This document shows, in pieces, positions 29,041-37,448 of a DNA stretch of 64,000 nucleotides. Where the stretch lies: the UHGV virus genome UHGV-0348865. One strand, given 5' to 3'. The translations under genes were made by a program, and so were the position numbers. This stretch comes from a virus. The notes beneath the pieces were generated by a model. It made no database searches and had not been told where the DNA came from. It saw nothing but the letters and a program-made list of their open reading frames with translations. Positions within the stretch are counted from its first letter, which is position 1; every line of letters starts with the position of its first letter.

Positions 29041-29150
29041 ACTTATAGCCCTTGTGTTTATCAGAGGGCTATGTGAGGGTGTTCCTCATTAACTTATTAA
29101 TTCAGGCATATGCCACACCGCTAGGGAGAGCTTGCTCGAACATCCGGTGT
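29041..29150 (+). ncRNA. conserved non-coding element, copy 1 (hairpin ACTTATAGCC...GGGCTATGTGAG plus GCTAGGGAGAG...CTCGAACATCCG block)
   Basis: same arrangement recurs at 35487-35605; no ORF. Confidence 0.4.
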
Positions 29151-29523
29151 TAGACTAAAACCTGTTAATTTTCGAAAGACTTTCCGATATGTAGGGGTAC
29201 GTATTGGTTTGGGATTCAGGAGACTTCCTAGGGGTAGGGAGTCTTCACCAGTTGGGATAAGAGATAGCTCTAGAACCTGAACTCTTAGGCAGAGAAGGTC
29301 GGCAATGAGTACGCGGTCAGGGTTAGTCTACTGACTAGGGCTATCCCTTATATCAACTGGCAATAATGCCTCCACTAACAAAGAGAGATAGGTATGAAAG
29401 TATCAACCAAACGTATGAACCGCCCTGAACGTATGGATGCAGTAGCTAATGGTGCTCTGAAACTGGAAGGCTTCTGGATTCATGCAATGTCAGCCATTCG
29501 TAACAAGCAAGGCAATTGGACCT

Positions 29524-29733
29524 ATGCCGGTTAAAACAGTTCATGTAATAGGTATGCGAGAGATCATTCGCATTGCCTTGATGGAACACACTGATCGCAA
29601 CGCTCAACTAACGCAAATCTCTAAGTGTCTTAACTGCTCAAGAGATGTGGCTAAGGAGTTGATGTTCGCATTCCTTTATAATGCAGAAGACGAGATGCTA
29701 CAGAATCATCTGATTCGTGGTGTGAGTCAATAA
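29524..29733 (+). CDS. hypothetical small protein
   Basis: ATG overlapping stop of a 46-codon upstream ORF (29394-29534). Confidence 0.35.
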   Translation: MPVKTVHVIGMREIIRIALMEHTDRNAQLTQISKCLNCSRDVAKELMFAFLYNAEDEMLQNHLIRGVSQ

Positions 29734-29736
29734 AGA

Positions 29737-29768
29737 AAGGCTGCCTTCGGGCGGCCTTTGTTGTTTTA
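29737..29768 (+). terminator. rho-independent terminator
   Basis: AGGCTGCC-TTCG-GGCGGCCT hairpin followed by TTGTTGTTTT. Confidence 0.65.
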
Positions 29769-29811
29769 ATTAAGGGACAACTCTTACTTAAACTAACAAG
29801 AGGAAGCTAAA

Positions 29812-29988
29812 ATGTCTAAGCAAACAATCAAACATACTCAAGCTGGTTACTCTTATGTCAACTCCCCTTGCTGCGGTGCTCGTATTAGTCTGGTTAAGGA
29901 AGAGGTTCGTATCGTTCAGCGTGGCGCTACTGTTGTTCGTGCATGCTGTGTATGTGGTAATGATATTTTCATTAAAGGTAAAGTATGA
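29812..29988 (+). CDS. small zinc-ribbon protein
   Basis: 58-codon ORF not in track; CCGA...CCVCGN Cys pairs; AGGAAG ribosome-binding site. Confidence 0.4.
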   Translation: MSKQTIKHTQAGYSYVNSPCCGARISLVKEEVRIVQRGATVVRACCVCGNDIFIKGKV

Positions 29989-30209
29989 TTATCGTTCGCT
30001 CTGAGCCTAAAGATAACACTTTTGGCAGCCTCCGTAATGGTGATGTGTTCTCTCTAGAGATAGACGGGGATACAAAACCTCCTTTATATATGAAGGTTAT
30101 GCACAGACATGCTATCTGTATAAATAACCCTGAAACAAGATTTACATTTGATAGAAGTTGTCCTGTCAGATTTTATCAAGCTACCCTAAACGTCAGGAGA
30201 GTAGGATGA
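29985..30209 (+). CDS. small paralogue family member 5
   Basis: RNGDVFSLEI...LYMKV...AICINNPETR pattern. Confidence 0.45.
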   Translation: MIIVRSEPKDNTFGSLRNGDVFSLEIDGDTKPPLYMKVMHRHAICINNPETRFTFDRSCPVRFYQATLNVRRVG

Positions 30210-30457
30210 AAAACTTCCAAGCTGCACCAATCACTAAAGTGATCGAAGTTGACGGTGTGATGATGACTGTTCCTCTGAATACCCGTCACATTGCGATTGA
30301 TAAGATGGGATATGTGTGGGCTTGGAAGATTAAGCCCTCTTACAATGAACTCTTTGATGAGTTTGTTTGCACTGGCACATATAGCCCTACGTTCTTGGGT
30401 ATCTTTGAAGATTTCAAAGGCAAGCCTAAGATTATCACACTCCCTGCATGTGCTTGA
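30206..30457 (+). CDS. hypothetical small protein
   Basis: internal ATG with GGAGAGTAGG ribosome-binding site; overlaps previous stop. Confidence 0.4.
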   Translation: MKNFQAAPITKVIEVDGVMMTVPLNTRHIAIDKMGYVWAWKIKPSYNELFDEFVCTGTYSPTFLGIFEDFKGKPKIITLPACA

Positions 30458-30464
30458 GGTTGTT

Positions 30465-30719
30465 ATGAAAGTTTCTAAACGCTGGGCAATATTTGGAGAG
30501 ATTCAAATAGGTGGTGAGATTAGGAGTGGAAGCTCCCAACTTGTAGCAGTGTTTGACTCTTATCCAACAGAAGAGTTCCTTATGAAGCTTTCTATTCCTG
30601 AACCTCGAAAGAAGGATGTAATTAAGCGCATTCTGGAAAGGGGTGTAGGTTTCTGGAAAGAGGATTGGTACTCTAAAGGCTATATACTCAGAGAGATTGA
30701 TTATGTTCAAATGGTTTAA
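30465..30719 (+). CDS. hypothetical small protein
   Basis: ATG with GAGG ribosome-binding site. Confidence 0.4.
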   Translation: MKVSKRWAIFGEIQIGGEIRSGSSQLVAVFDSYPTEEFLMKLSIPEPRKKDVIKRILERGVGFWKEDWYSKGYILREIDYVQMV

Positions 30720-30900
30720 ACGTCTCGTGCATCTGCACGATTGGGTAATCCTTGAAAAATATTCTCTGAGGATTACCGATGATTGTGGCGGGACAAAGCA
30801 CAAAGGTCTCCGCTATATCATGCAGTGTAAAGTGTGTGGTAGTATTACCTATCGTGACATTATTTAAATAAATCTGCGCTCTTAGCTCAACGGAGGGGTT

Positions 30901-31329
30901 TTGAAGATAGAGTTAGAATACCCCTTCGTCAATGACTGGCGATTGGGTTACTTAAGAACAAGTAGAGATGGTAGGAAGCGTGTTGATTTGTACAACTCCG
31001 ACACGGAAAGGACAACCATTTCTTACGCAAGATATTTAATGTCTTGTTATGTGGGTAGATACTTAACTTCAGAGGAAGAGGTTGATCATATTGATCAGGA
31101 CTCAACCAATGATGAGATTTCCAACTTACAGATTCTAAGTATCAGTGAACATTTAGAGAAGACATTAAAACATAGGGTTAAGGGTGCAGTATCAATCTTG
31201 ACTTGTGCCAACTGTGGTGTACTTTTCGAACGGAGAGAAAATAAAATACACAAAAAGAATCAGAATTATTTTTGTAGCAGATCTTGCAACGGTAAGTATT
31301 ACTGGAGCAATGGTTTCAATAACAAATGA
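30901..31329 (+). CDS. HNH homing endonuclease
   Basis: TTG start after GGAGGGG; motif EVDHIDQD...NDEISNLQILS..EH and C-terminal Cys cluster. Confidence 0.6.
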   Translation: MKIELEYPFVNDWRLGYLRTSRDGRKRVDLYNSDTERTTISYARYLMSCYVGRYLTSEEEVDHIDQDSTNDEISNLQILSISEHLEKTLKHRVKGAVSILTCANCGVLFERRENKIHKKNQNYFCSRSCNGKYYWSNGFNNK

Positions 31330-31340
31330 GAGTTCTTAAT

Positions 31341-31419
31341 GGGGGTGTACCTCACCCGTCTTCTAAACGGGCGTTAATCGAGTAATTGGAGTATGCAGGT
31401 TCGAGTCCTGTCTCCCCCT
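31341..31419 (+). ncRNA. tRNA-like element with canonical T-arm; possible tRNA (anticodon-like loop CTTCTAA would give UCU/Arg) but D-arm not resolved by eye
   Basis: T-arm GCAGG-TTCGAGT-CCTGT; 7-bp acceptor-like pairing GGGGGTG/CTCCCCC; flanked by 10-nt inverted repeat AGAGTTCTTA/TAAGAACTCT. Confidence 0.4.
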
Positions 31420-31436
31420 CTAAGAACTCTTGGAGA

Positions 31437-31766
31437 ATGTTTATGTTTAAAAAAGTATTATTACTATGTACTCTCTCACTAAGCCCTCTGGTTATGTCAG
31501 CTGATTTGAATTTCCTAGATGGGTCTTCCTCTTATTTAAAAAGAGAGAGAGGTTTGGTTAACAGTAGAACTCCTGATGAGGGATATTTTGTTGGATATAC
31601 AACCTCCACTACACGAAATATTGCTAATTGTAGCTCATCGGGAACCTTAAACAAAGTTGTGTGGGAGGTTGTTGCTTTATACATTGAACAGCATCCTGAG
31701 AGACGTCATCTAAGCAATGATGATCTTATCATAGAGGCTGTAAACAACGCTTGGTGTAATAAATAA
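31437..31766 (+). CDS. secreted protein (signal peptide)
   Basis: N-terminal MFMFKKVLLLCTLSLSPLVMSA signal. Confidence 0.45.
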   Translation: MFMFKKVLLLCTLSLSPLVMSADLNFLDGSSSYLKRERGLVNSRTPDEGYFVGYTTSTTRNIANCSSSGTLNKVVWEVVALYIEQHPERRHLSNDDLIIEAVNNAWCNK

Positions 31767-31782
31767 ACCATAGGAGGTGCTT

Positions 31783-32064
31783 ATGAGTTGGGGTGGTGTA
31801 ATATCCTTAATCTGTATCTTCCTTGTCTGTGTGGCCCTTACAGGCTGCGTACAGAGCCGTCCTGATGGATGGTGTGCATTATCTGTTGAAGGTGTGTGCG
31901 TATCTCGTTGGCATAAGGGTGAGAAGGTTCCTTCTGGTGAAATTGATATGCGTTACAGTGGTATCTCATGCCTGAATGGTGCAGCAGTAGATGAGGAGAC
32001 TAAAACCTTGTCAGATGCGCAGTGGTGTGGTGGCTCTGTAACAACAACCGGTAAGGAGTGGTAA
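31783..32064 (+). CDS. lipoprotein, Cys-rich
   Basis: signal peptide ending in lipobox-like LTGC; several Cys. Confidence 0.45.
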   Translation: MSWGGVISLICIFLVCVALTGCVQSRPDGWCALSVEGVCVSRWHKGEKVPSGEIDMRYSGISCLNGAAVDEETKTLSDAQWCGGSVTTTGKEW

Positions 32065-32065
32065 C

Positions 32066-32314
32066 ATGACAGCTCATTATTGGAATACAAAGAAGCTCCT
32101 TGAAGAGATGGCTGGAGTTAGTAAGTTCCAGTTAAATTCCATGCTTCGAATGGATGCTCGCTCTTTACGCTTCCAAGTAAAGATTGGTAACTTCAGCGAT
32201 GGCCTTTACTACACACTGAAGGAAAGGATTAAGAAGACTCACTTCATCATATATGGACTCAAACCGAGAACATATGTTAACTACATGTATTGGGATACAT
32301 GCTACGATAATTGA
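32066..32314 (+). CDS. hypothetical small protein
   Basis: 82-aa ORF. Confidence 0.35.
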   Translation: MTAHYWNTKKLLEEMAGVSKFQLNSMLRMDARSLRFQVKIGNFSDGLYYTLKERIKKTHFIIYGLKPRTYVNYMYWDTCYDN

Positions 32315-32321
32315 GGTTATT

Positions 32322-32543
32322 ATGAAACTAGACTCTAAGCAGTCACTTAAAACCGTTGAGCTGTCCACGCTGCCAAACGGAAGTATTTTTGGTCATGATA
32401 AACACTTCTGGATTAAAACAGACATCATAAACGATGGATATATCACCTGTGTCAATCTTTGGAACGGCTCAGTGGATGGTTATCGCCCTAGCACAAAGGT
32501 GGTCCCTCAGCCTGATGCTAAGGCTGTAGGTTTAGTTTACTAA
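32322..32543 (+). CDS. small paralogue family member 6
   Basis: PNGSIFGHDKHFWIK...YITCVNLWNGS pattern; start at internal ATG with GAGG ribosome-binding site. Confidence 0.45.
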   Translation: MKLDSKQSLKTVELSTLPNGSIFGHDKHFWIKTDIINDGYITCVNLWNGSVDGYRPSTKVVPQPDAKAVGLVY

Positions 32544-32552
32544 GGAGTTCAT

Positions 32553-32726
32553 ATGAGCTGTTATGGTGGCGGTGAAGTATACGATGACGATGATATGGAA
32601 TCTAACGATACATGCCCTGATTGTGGGTGCGAAACATTTGATGGAGTGTCAGTATATCCTACCTGTAGTTATTCACCAGTGATCTGTAAAACATGTGGAG
32701 ATCAACCTTGTGATGAGTCTTGTTAG
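32553..32726 (+). CDS. small Cys-rich acidic protein
   Basis: 57-aa ORF not in track; multiple CxxC pairs; AAGGAG ribosome-binding site. Confidence 0.4.
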   Translation: MSCYGGGEVYDDDDMESNDTCPDCGCETFDGVSVYPTCSYSPVICKTCGDQPCDESC

Positions 32727-32955
32727 TGTGTTAATAGCCTATCTGATAGGATCAGTAGTATCAGGTGTTCTGATTAAGATTATAGATGTTAAAGGAAATC
32801 AGTGTTTCCGAGATTGGGATGGTGAGCCAGACCTCGGAAAGATAGCAGCTATGGTTTTCTTGTGGCCTATTATTGCTGTACTATTTATAGCACTCGTAGC
32901 ATGGGCTGCTCTTTGGGATTTCATCCTTCCTAACAAAAAGTATGAGGACTCATGA
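32713..32955 (+). CDS. small membrane protein
   Basis: two predicted transmembrane segments. Confidence 0.4.
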   Translation: MSLVSVLIAYLIGSVVSGVLIKIIDVKGNQCFRDWDGEPDLGKIAAMVFLWPIIAVLFIALVAWAALWDFILPNKKYEDS

Positions 32956-33564
32956 CTAAAGAATTTTTAGAGTGGTTTGGTGATACCTTCAAAGAGTATC
33001 TATTCTCTCCAGAAGACTTTGAAGAACTGAAAACCTACACTTGGTTGGCTTGGAGAGATAGCCGACGAGAGATGAATAAGTAATATCGTGAAGGATTCTT
33101 ACGAGAGTCCTTTGAGATAGGACTTCAGATCTCCTATCAAACTAACATTCATGTAACTAGCCCATAAGGGCGTTACCCTTTAATAACCCAGCCCACTAAG
33201 GGGGCGGGAGTTTAGTGCTGGATTAGCATAACGCTTATTCCTACAAAGGCAACCGATTGTTAGATCTTACATGCAATATTAATTAATAGGATATGGGAGG
33301 GTTCGTCCCCTCCCCCTATTTATAAATTATCAGGAGAGTGCATTAGCTGATTAGCTGTAGAAGGGAGGCCGATACTACAGTGTGGCCCAGAGCTAGTGTA
33401 CTCTCCTGATGAGGCACCTCCTCATCGTGGTAAGCTGTGGAATGATCTTTACAGTAGTTACTTGAAGTAGCCTGTACGGCCCTCAGCAAAGAGTCCGGAC
33501 GATATCTGAGTGACTTTAAAAACAGATGGAGCCAGGTGGAATCCCTGGCAATTAATTACAGGTA

Positions 33565-33700
33565 TAGCTTATGTGACCCAGTAATGCAGAGTCTACGGTA
33601 AAGCAGTCGCCCGTGGTCGAATGACCGTATGCCCATTGGATGCATTCCTTTGGTGATGGCTAGGGAGTCCGAGCGTAGGTTCGAATCCTACACCTGTAAT
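33565..33700 (+). ncRNA. structured RNA candidate with tRNA-type T-arm closed by a 9-bp long-range stem
   Basis: T-arm GTAGG-TTCGAAT-CCTAC at 33675-33691; ATTACAGGT (33565-33573) pairs with ACCTGTAAT (33692-33700); region 33060-33730 has no ORF. Confidence 0.35.
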
Positions 33701-33730
33701 CAAATTGAATAATATCTAATTGGAGGATGT

Positions 33731-34042
33731 ATGAAAGCACGAAGAACTATATGGACTCCGATGCAGATTGAAAATCTTCGGAGACTAATCAAAGAGTACT
33801 CGGTTCAAGAAGTTGCTCAGATCATGAATGTAACGGAGAATGCCGTTAACACAGCTTGCACTAAGTTTGGTATATCAAGAGCTTCAATCCGAGTTAAGTG
33901 GTCTAAAGAAGAAGATCAGTTCCTTATCCGTAATGCTGGGTTCATGCCTATCCAGAGAATGGCTGACATGCTCGGTAGAAGTTATGCTGCTGTGCAGAAC
34001 AGGGCATGTATGCACCTTAACATTAGCCTAAAACTTAAATAG
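33731..34042 (+). CDS. DNA-binding regulator with two tandem HTH-like repeats
   Basis: two repeats of W...E..L.......S..E.A..M.....AV resembling sigma region 4 / Myb-like HTH. Confidence 0.4.
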   Translation: MKARRTIWTPMQIENLRRLIKEYSVQEVAQIMNVTENAVNTACTKFGISRASIRVKWSKEEDQFLIRNAGFMPIQRMADMLGRSYAAVQNRACMHLNISLKLK

Positions 34043-34050
34043 GAATCAAT

Positions 34051-34296
34051 ATGAAGATCATCCCAAAGATTAAAGATAACACTGTTTCACTGGCTACAAT
34101 TATTCCCGGAAACCCTTTCGTAGTTCAGAGAGGAACAGCATCTCCTCAGTATTACATCCGTGTCAGTAACGTGTCCAACAAAATCTCTGTAGAAGAGGGT
34201 TGGATTACGACAGTAAATCTACTGACTGGTGTACTGGGTGTTATGAAAAGTGATGCCCCAGTTGAAGTGATTCGTATGTCTGTGGTTCAGGAGTAA
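34051..34296 (+). CDS. small paralogue family member 7
   Basis: PGNPFVVQRG...YYIRV...ITTVNLLTG pattern. Confidence 0.45.
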   Translation: MKIIPKIKDNTVSLATIIPGNPFVVQRGTASPQYYIRVSNVSNKISVEEGWITTVNLLTGVLGVMKSDAPVEVIRMSVVQE

Positions 34297-34303
34297 TAAG
34301 TAG

Positions 34304-34552
34304 ATGAGCACCATTAATATTAAAGTTAAGCATAAGAAAGAGAACATCCTCAGGGTTATGGATTTATTCAGAGCCGACGTCTTTACTTTAAAACAGTGTC
34401 CAACTTCCCATACCTACATGCTAACGAACCCGAGCAATGGTCTTAAGCCCGCTGGGGCGGTTAATCTGGGAACTGGAGAACTTCGGACAATTGCTGGTGA
34501 TATGGTTGTTGATGAGAAGTTTAGTAAAGTCGAAATGATCTTGACTCCTTAG
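34304..34552 (+). CDS. small paralogue family member 8
   Basis: RADVFTLKQ...YMLTN...GAVNLGTG pattern. Confidence 0.45.
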   Translation: MSTINIKVKHKKENILRVMDLFRADVFTLKQCPTSHTYMLTNPSNGLKPAGAVNLGTGELRTIAGDMVVDEKFSKVEMILTP

Positions 34553-34694
34553 GAAAACAAATGAGACTTAAAGCATATTCTTATGACGATATGATTAACC
34601 AAAAAGGCTTCGGTCAACGACAGCCTGACGGTTCAATTATCTGGTTCGTAAATGGACAGAAAAAGGTAGCTAAATAAGCCCTCTTCTCTCCTCC

Positions 34695-34711
34695 TTTTAG
34701 TACTATGACGC
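34695..34711 (+). promoter_or_regulatory. conserved 17-mer TTTTAGTACTATGACGC (copy 2)
   Basis: identical to 26611-26627; followed by hairpin GCGTAGGG...CCCTCTACGC and T-run. Confidence 0.45.
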
Positions 34712-34783
34712 CTCTCTGTGGGCGGCCCAATTTGCGTAGGGAATTCCCTCTACGCAGCCATGACTTTTTAAGGAATTTCCCCT

Positions 34784-35017
34784 ATGTCTAAAGTAAGCGC
34801 AATCGATGCAATCCGTCAACCGTTCCAGTTCCAATCTAAATCAACCCAAACCTTCAGTGAGCCTAAGCAAATTCGCTTGGGTGGCACAGAGAAAACTGTG
34901 TTTGATCTGGCTAAAAACAAGAGTGTTACCGTGGTTGATGGTGGCACTCTGGTTAACGTTTCCCATCGTATCCGCACTGGCAAAACTGCCAAAGATCGTG
35001 CTAAGAAAGGTGAGTAA
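34784..35017 (+). CDS. hypothetical small protein
   Basis: 77-aa ORF. Confidence 0.35.
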   Translation: MSKVSAIDAIRQPFQFQSKSTQTFSEPKQIRLGGTEKTVFDLAKNKSVTVVDGGTLVNVSHRIRTGKTAKDRAKKGE

Positions 35018-35259
35018 TGAAAATAGGGAAACCAGCTAAGGATGTTCTAGCGAAGATTAGTGATATCTCTACTGGGGAAGTTTTCTCAGCAGAGCACTTT
35101 TCAAGTTACTACATGAAAATCCCTGACACTAAAGTAGAGGGTTGCATCATCCCTGCCAACGCAGTTAACCTGAACACAGGACATTTGTCTGCATTCAAAC
35201 CTGATTCACAGGTTACTGAAATCAAAGATGCCTACCTTGCCTTTGGTGGAGATAAATAG
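35017..35259 (+). CDS. small paralogue family member 9
   Basis: STGEVFSAEHFSSYYMKI...ANAVNLNTG pattern. Confidence 0.45.
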   Translation: MKIGKPAKDVLAKISDISTGEVFSAEHFSSYYMKIPDTKVEGCIIPANAVNLNTGHLSAFKPDSQVTEIKDAYLAFGGDK

Positions 35260-35260
35260 C

Positions 35261-35476
35261 ATGATAACACTCGTGTCTGTCGTTTACAGATTACACTACC
35301 GTCTGGATAAAGGAAAATCCTATAAATGCAAGAGTAAGACAGGGAATCGATGCTCTGTAGAGAACAACTCTGGTCAATGGGTGGATGTTCCTTGTTGCTG
35401 GTTCAGGAAAGATTTGACTAGCAAAGAGATTGACGAAATTCTTAGTGATGATTTTGTAAAATCAGGCGATTTTTAG
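35261..35476 (+). CDS. hypothetical small Cys-containing protein
   Basis: ATG overlapping upstream stop. Confidence 0.35.
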   Translation: MITLVSVVYRLHYRLDKGKSYKCKSKTGNRCSVENNSGQWVDVPCCWFRKDLTSKEIDEILSDDFVKSGDF

Positions 35477-35486
35477 ATAGAGTGAC

Positions 35487-35605
35487 ACTTATAGCCTTCC
35501 CTCCGGAGGGCTATGTGAGTTATTCTGACTCAACTAACCTAATCTTAATATATTTCCCGTATGGGGCCGATGCTAGGGAGAGGAATAATCCTCGAACATC
35601 CGTCG
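35487..35605 (+). ncRNA. conserved non-coding element, copy 2
   Basis: hairpin ACTTATAGCC...GGGCTATGTGAG and block GCTAGGGAGAG...CTCGAACATCCG shared with 29041-29150. Confidence 0.4.
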
Positions 35606-35870
35606 GATAGATATTTTAAGAGCAGGTTATCCACAGATATTGGGTAATATCTTTTTTTGAATTTAAAGCTTGGCTCTTTTCGGAGAGTCCTTTTTTAAAT
35701 TCAATGAGAGGAAATATGTCTAAATTAGATTTAAAACTGCTAGCAGCAGCGGTAGTGATTTGTGCACTAGCACTGGTAACGCAGAGAACATCTGGATTTA
35801 TTCAGTGTTTCTTTTCTGGGCAATCCACTTATCAGTGGGTTATTGACGAGTGTAAACAACAGGAGTAAGT

Positions 35871-36233
35871 ATGAATACACGTCCCATTAAGGGCAACGTT
35901 AATATTGAAACTCTGAACAAGGTTGCATCAAATCTCGGTGGAATGTCCAACGATGAGCTTGAGCAAGAACTTGCTTGGATTGCAAATGGTATCAAAGTTG
36001 CTAAAGGTAAGATTGCTCGTGAGCAAAGCAACATGAAAGCTCACAAGTATATCATCCGTCGTGCAAATGTGTTACCAGAGCGGGTTGTACATCTTGCCCG
36101 TAAAAACTACGCAGAAGCAAAGAAAGCGCTGGAAGAAGCTACTTTCCAGAAGCACCAATTTATGAACAACTATCGAAACTTCCGAGATATTCTTTATATC
36201 CGTAAGTCGATTGAGTTGATTAAAAACCAATAG
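35871..36233 (+). CDS. hypothetical protein
   Basis: 120-aa helical ORF. Confidence 0.4.
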   Translation: MNTRPIKGNVNIETLNKVASNLGGMSNDELEQELAWIANGIKVAKGKIAREQSNMKAHKYIIRRANVLPERVVHLARKNYAEAKKALEEATFQKHQFMNNYRNFRDILYIRKSIELIKNQ

Positions 36234-36244
36234 AGGTTGGTATA

Positions 36245-37438
36245 ATGTTTCCAGTAACATTAGAAGATACTGAAGGTAATGTTTTAACGGTCAACCCTCC
36301 TTGTTATGGGTTCCTTCAGCTTCGCAACTATAATGGTGGCGTTGATGAAGACGACGAAGATGATGACTACTTCGACCCTAACATGTATGAGGCAACTCAT
36401 GGATGGAATATGCACGTTCGAGTGTGGCATAAAGAAGCCAACGTTCGTAGTGCTGACGGGGAAGAATTCTTGTTAAGCCGAGAGATGGATATGTGTAAAA
36501 TCAAGCATATCTGGAACTCCGGAACTCATATGAAGATGTTAGGTTTTAGACGTTGGCGTGATGAAAAACCTGTATCCGCAGCTTTAGGTTGGGGTGCAAT
36601 TGATCACGAAGGCGAGCTTAAAAATAACATTGAGCACTGGAACGACAAAAACCCTGAACATCGAACCACACCTCGTGCTGTACTGGAAGCTATGGAAGCA
36701 TTTGTGGACAAAGATCGTCCCTCCTGTTTACGCTGGCACGAGAAAGGTTTTATGGGGGTAGCAACTGAGAACGTTCCTGCTGATCGTTGTCTGTTCTATT
36801 TGATGTTAGACCGAACCTTCTATTGTGAAGATGAAGAGAGTCAAGTTGAAACCTTCCTTCATAAATGGTTGGTTGAAGGTTGGACAATCCTTCAAGCTTA
36901 TGTCTACTCACGAATGGTTAGCACTCACACTAACCTCTTGGGAGAAAAGAAAGCAACTCTGGTTGGTAACGATTGGGATGCTTGTATTTTCCCAGCGTCA
37001 CTATTTACGGTTGGCATGGCTGATAAATATGCCGAAGCATTTAAAGTGCCTTGGCGTCAACAGTCATATAGAGATGGTTGTGGTCACTTTCGTGATGAAG
37101 ACTTTAAGTGGATTCATTATGAGAATGATGAAACAGCAGAGCTACGAGTGAACAACTCAATGTTCTTGCCGGTTATGCACCCTGATCTAGTAAAAGATGA
37201 GTCAGAAATACTCAAAGGTGACAACCTTCTGGTTACCTTTGCTCGTCGGGTATCTAAAGATGAAAGAACAGCTGACAGATTAGTCTACGCTTATCGCGCT
37301 GAGACTAAAGATATGTTCAATATTTATAATATTGTTCAGCGATTCAGTAGCGGAACTCTGGACCAAAGTTCGGAGTATTCAGTGATTCCGTCCTCTGAGT
37401 GGGATGGTATTATGAGCGGATTATTTTTAGGAAAATAA
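36245..37438 (+). CDS. hypothetical protein, first gene of ligase/amidotransferase cluster
   Basis: 397-aa ORF, no motif recognised. Confidence 0.5.
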   Translation: MFPVTLEDTEGNVLTVNPPCYGFLQLRNYNGGVDEDDEDDDYFDPNMYEATHGWNMHVRVWHKEANVRSADGEEFLLSREMDMCKIKHIWNSGTHMKMLGFRRWRDEKPVSAALGWGAIDHEGELKNNIEHWNDKNPEHRTTPRAVLEAMEAFVDKDRPSCLRWHEKGFMGVATENVPADRCLFYLMLDRTFYCEDEESQVETFLHKWLVEGWTILQAYVYSRMVSTHTNLLGEKKATLVGNDWDACIFPASLFTVGMADKYAEAFKVPWRQQSYRDGCGHFRDEDFKWIHYENDETAELRVNNSMFLPVMHPDLVKDESEILKGDNLLVTFARRVSKDERTADRLVYAYRAETKDMFNIYNIVQRFSSGTLDQSSEYSVIPSSEWDGIMSGLFLGK

Positions 37439-37448
37439 AAGGTTAGTT

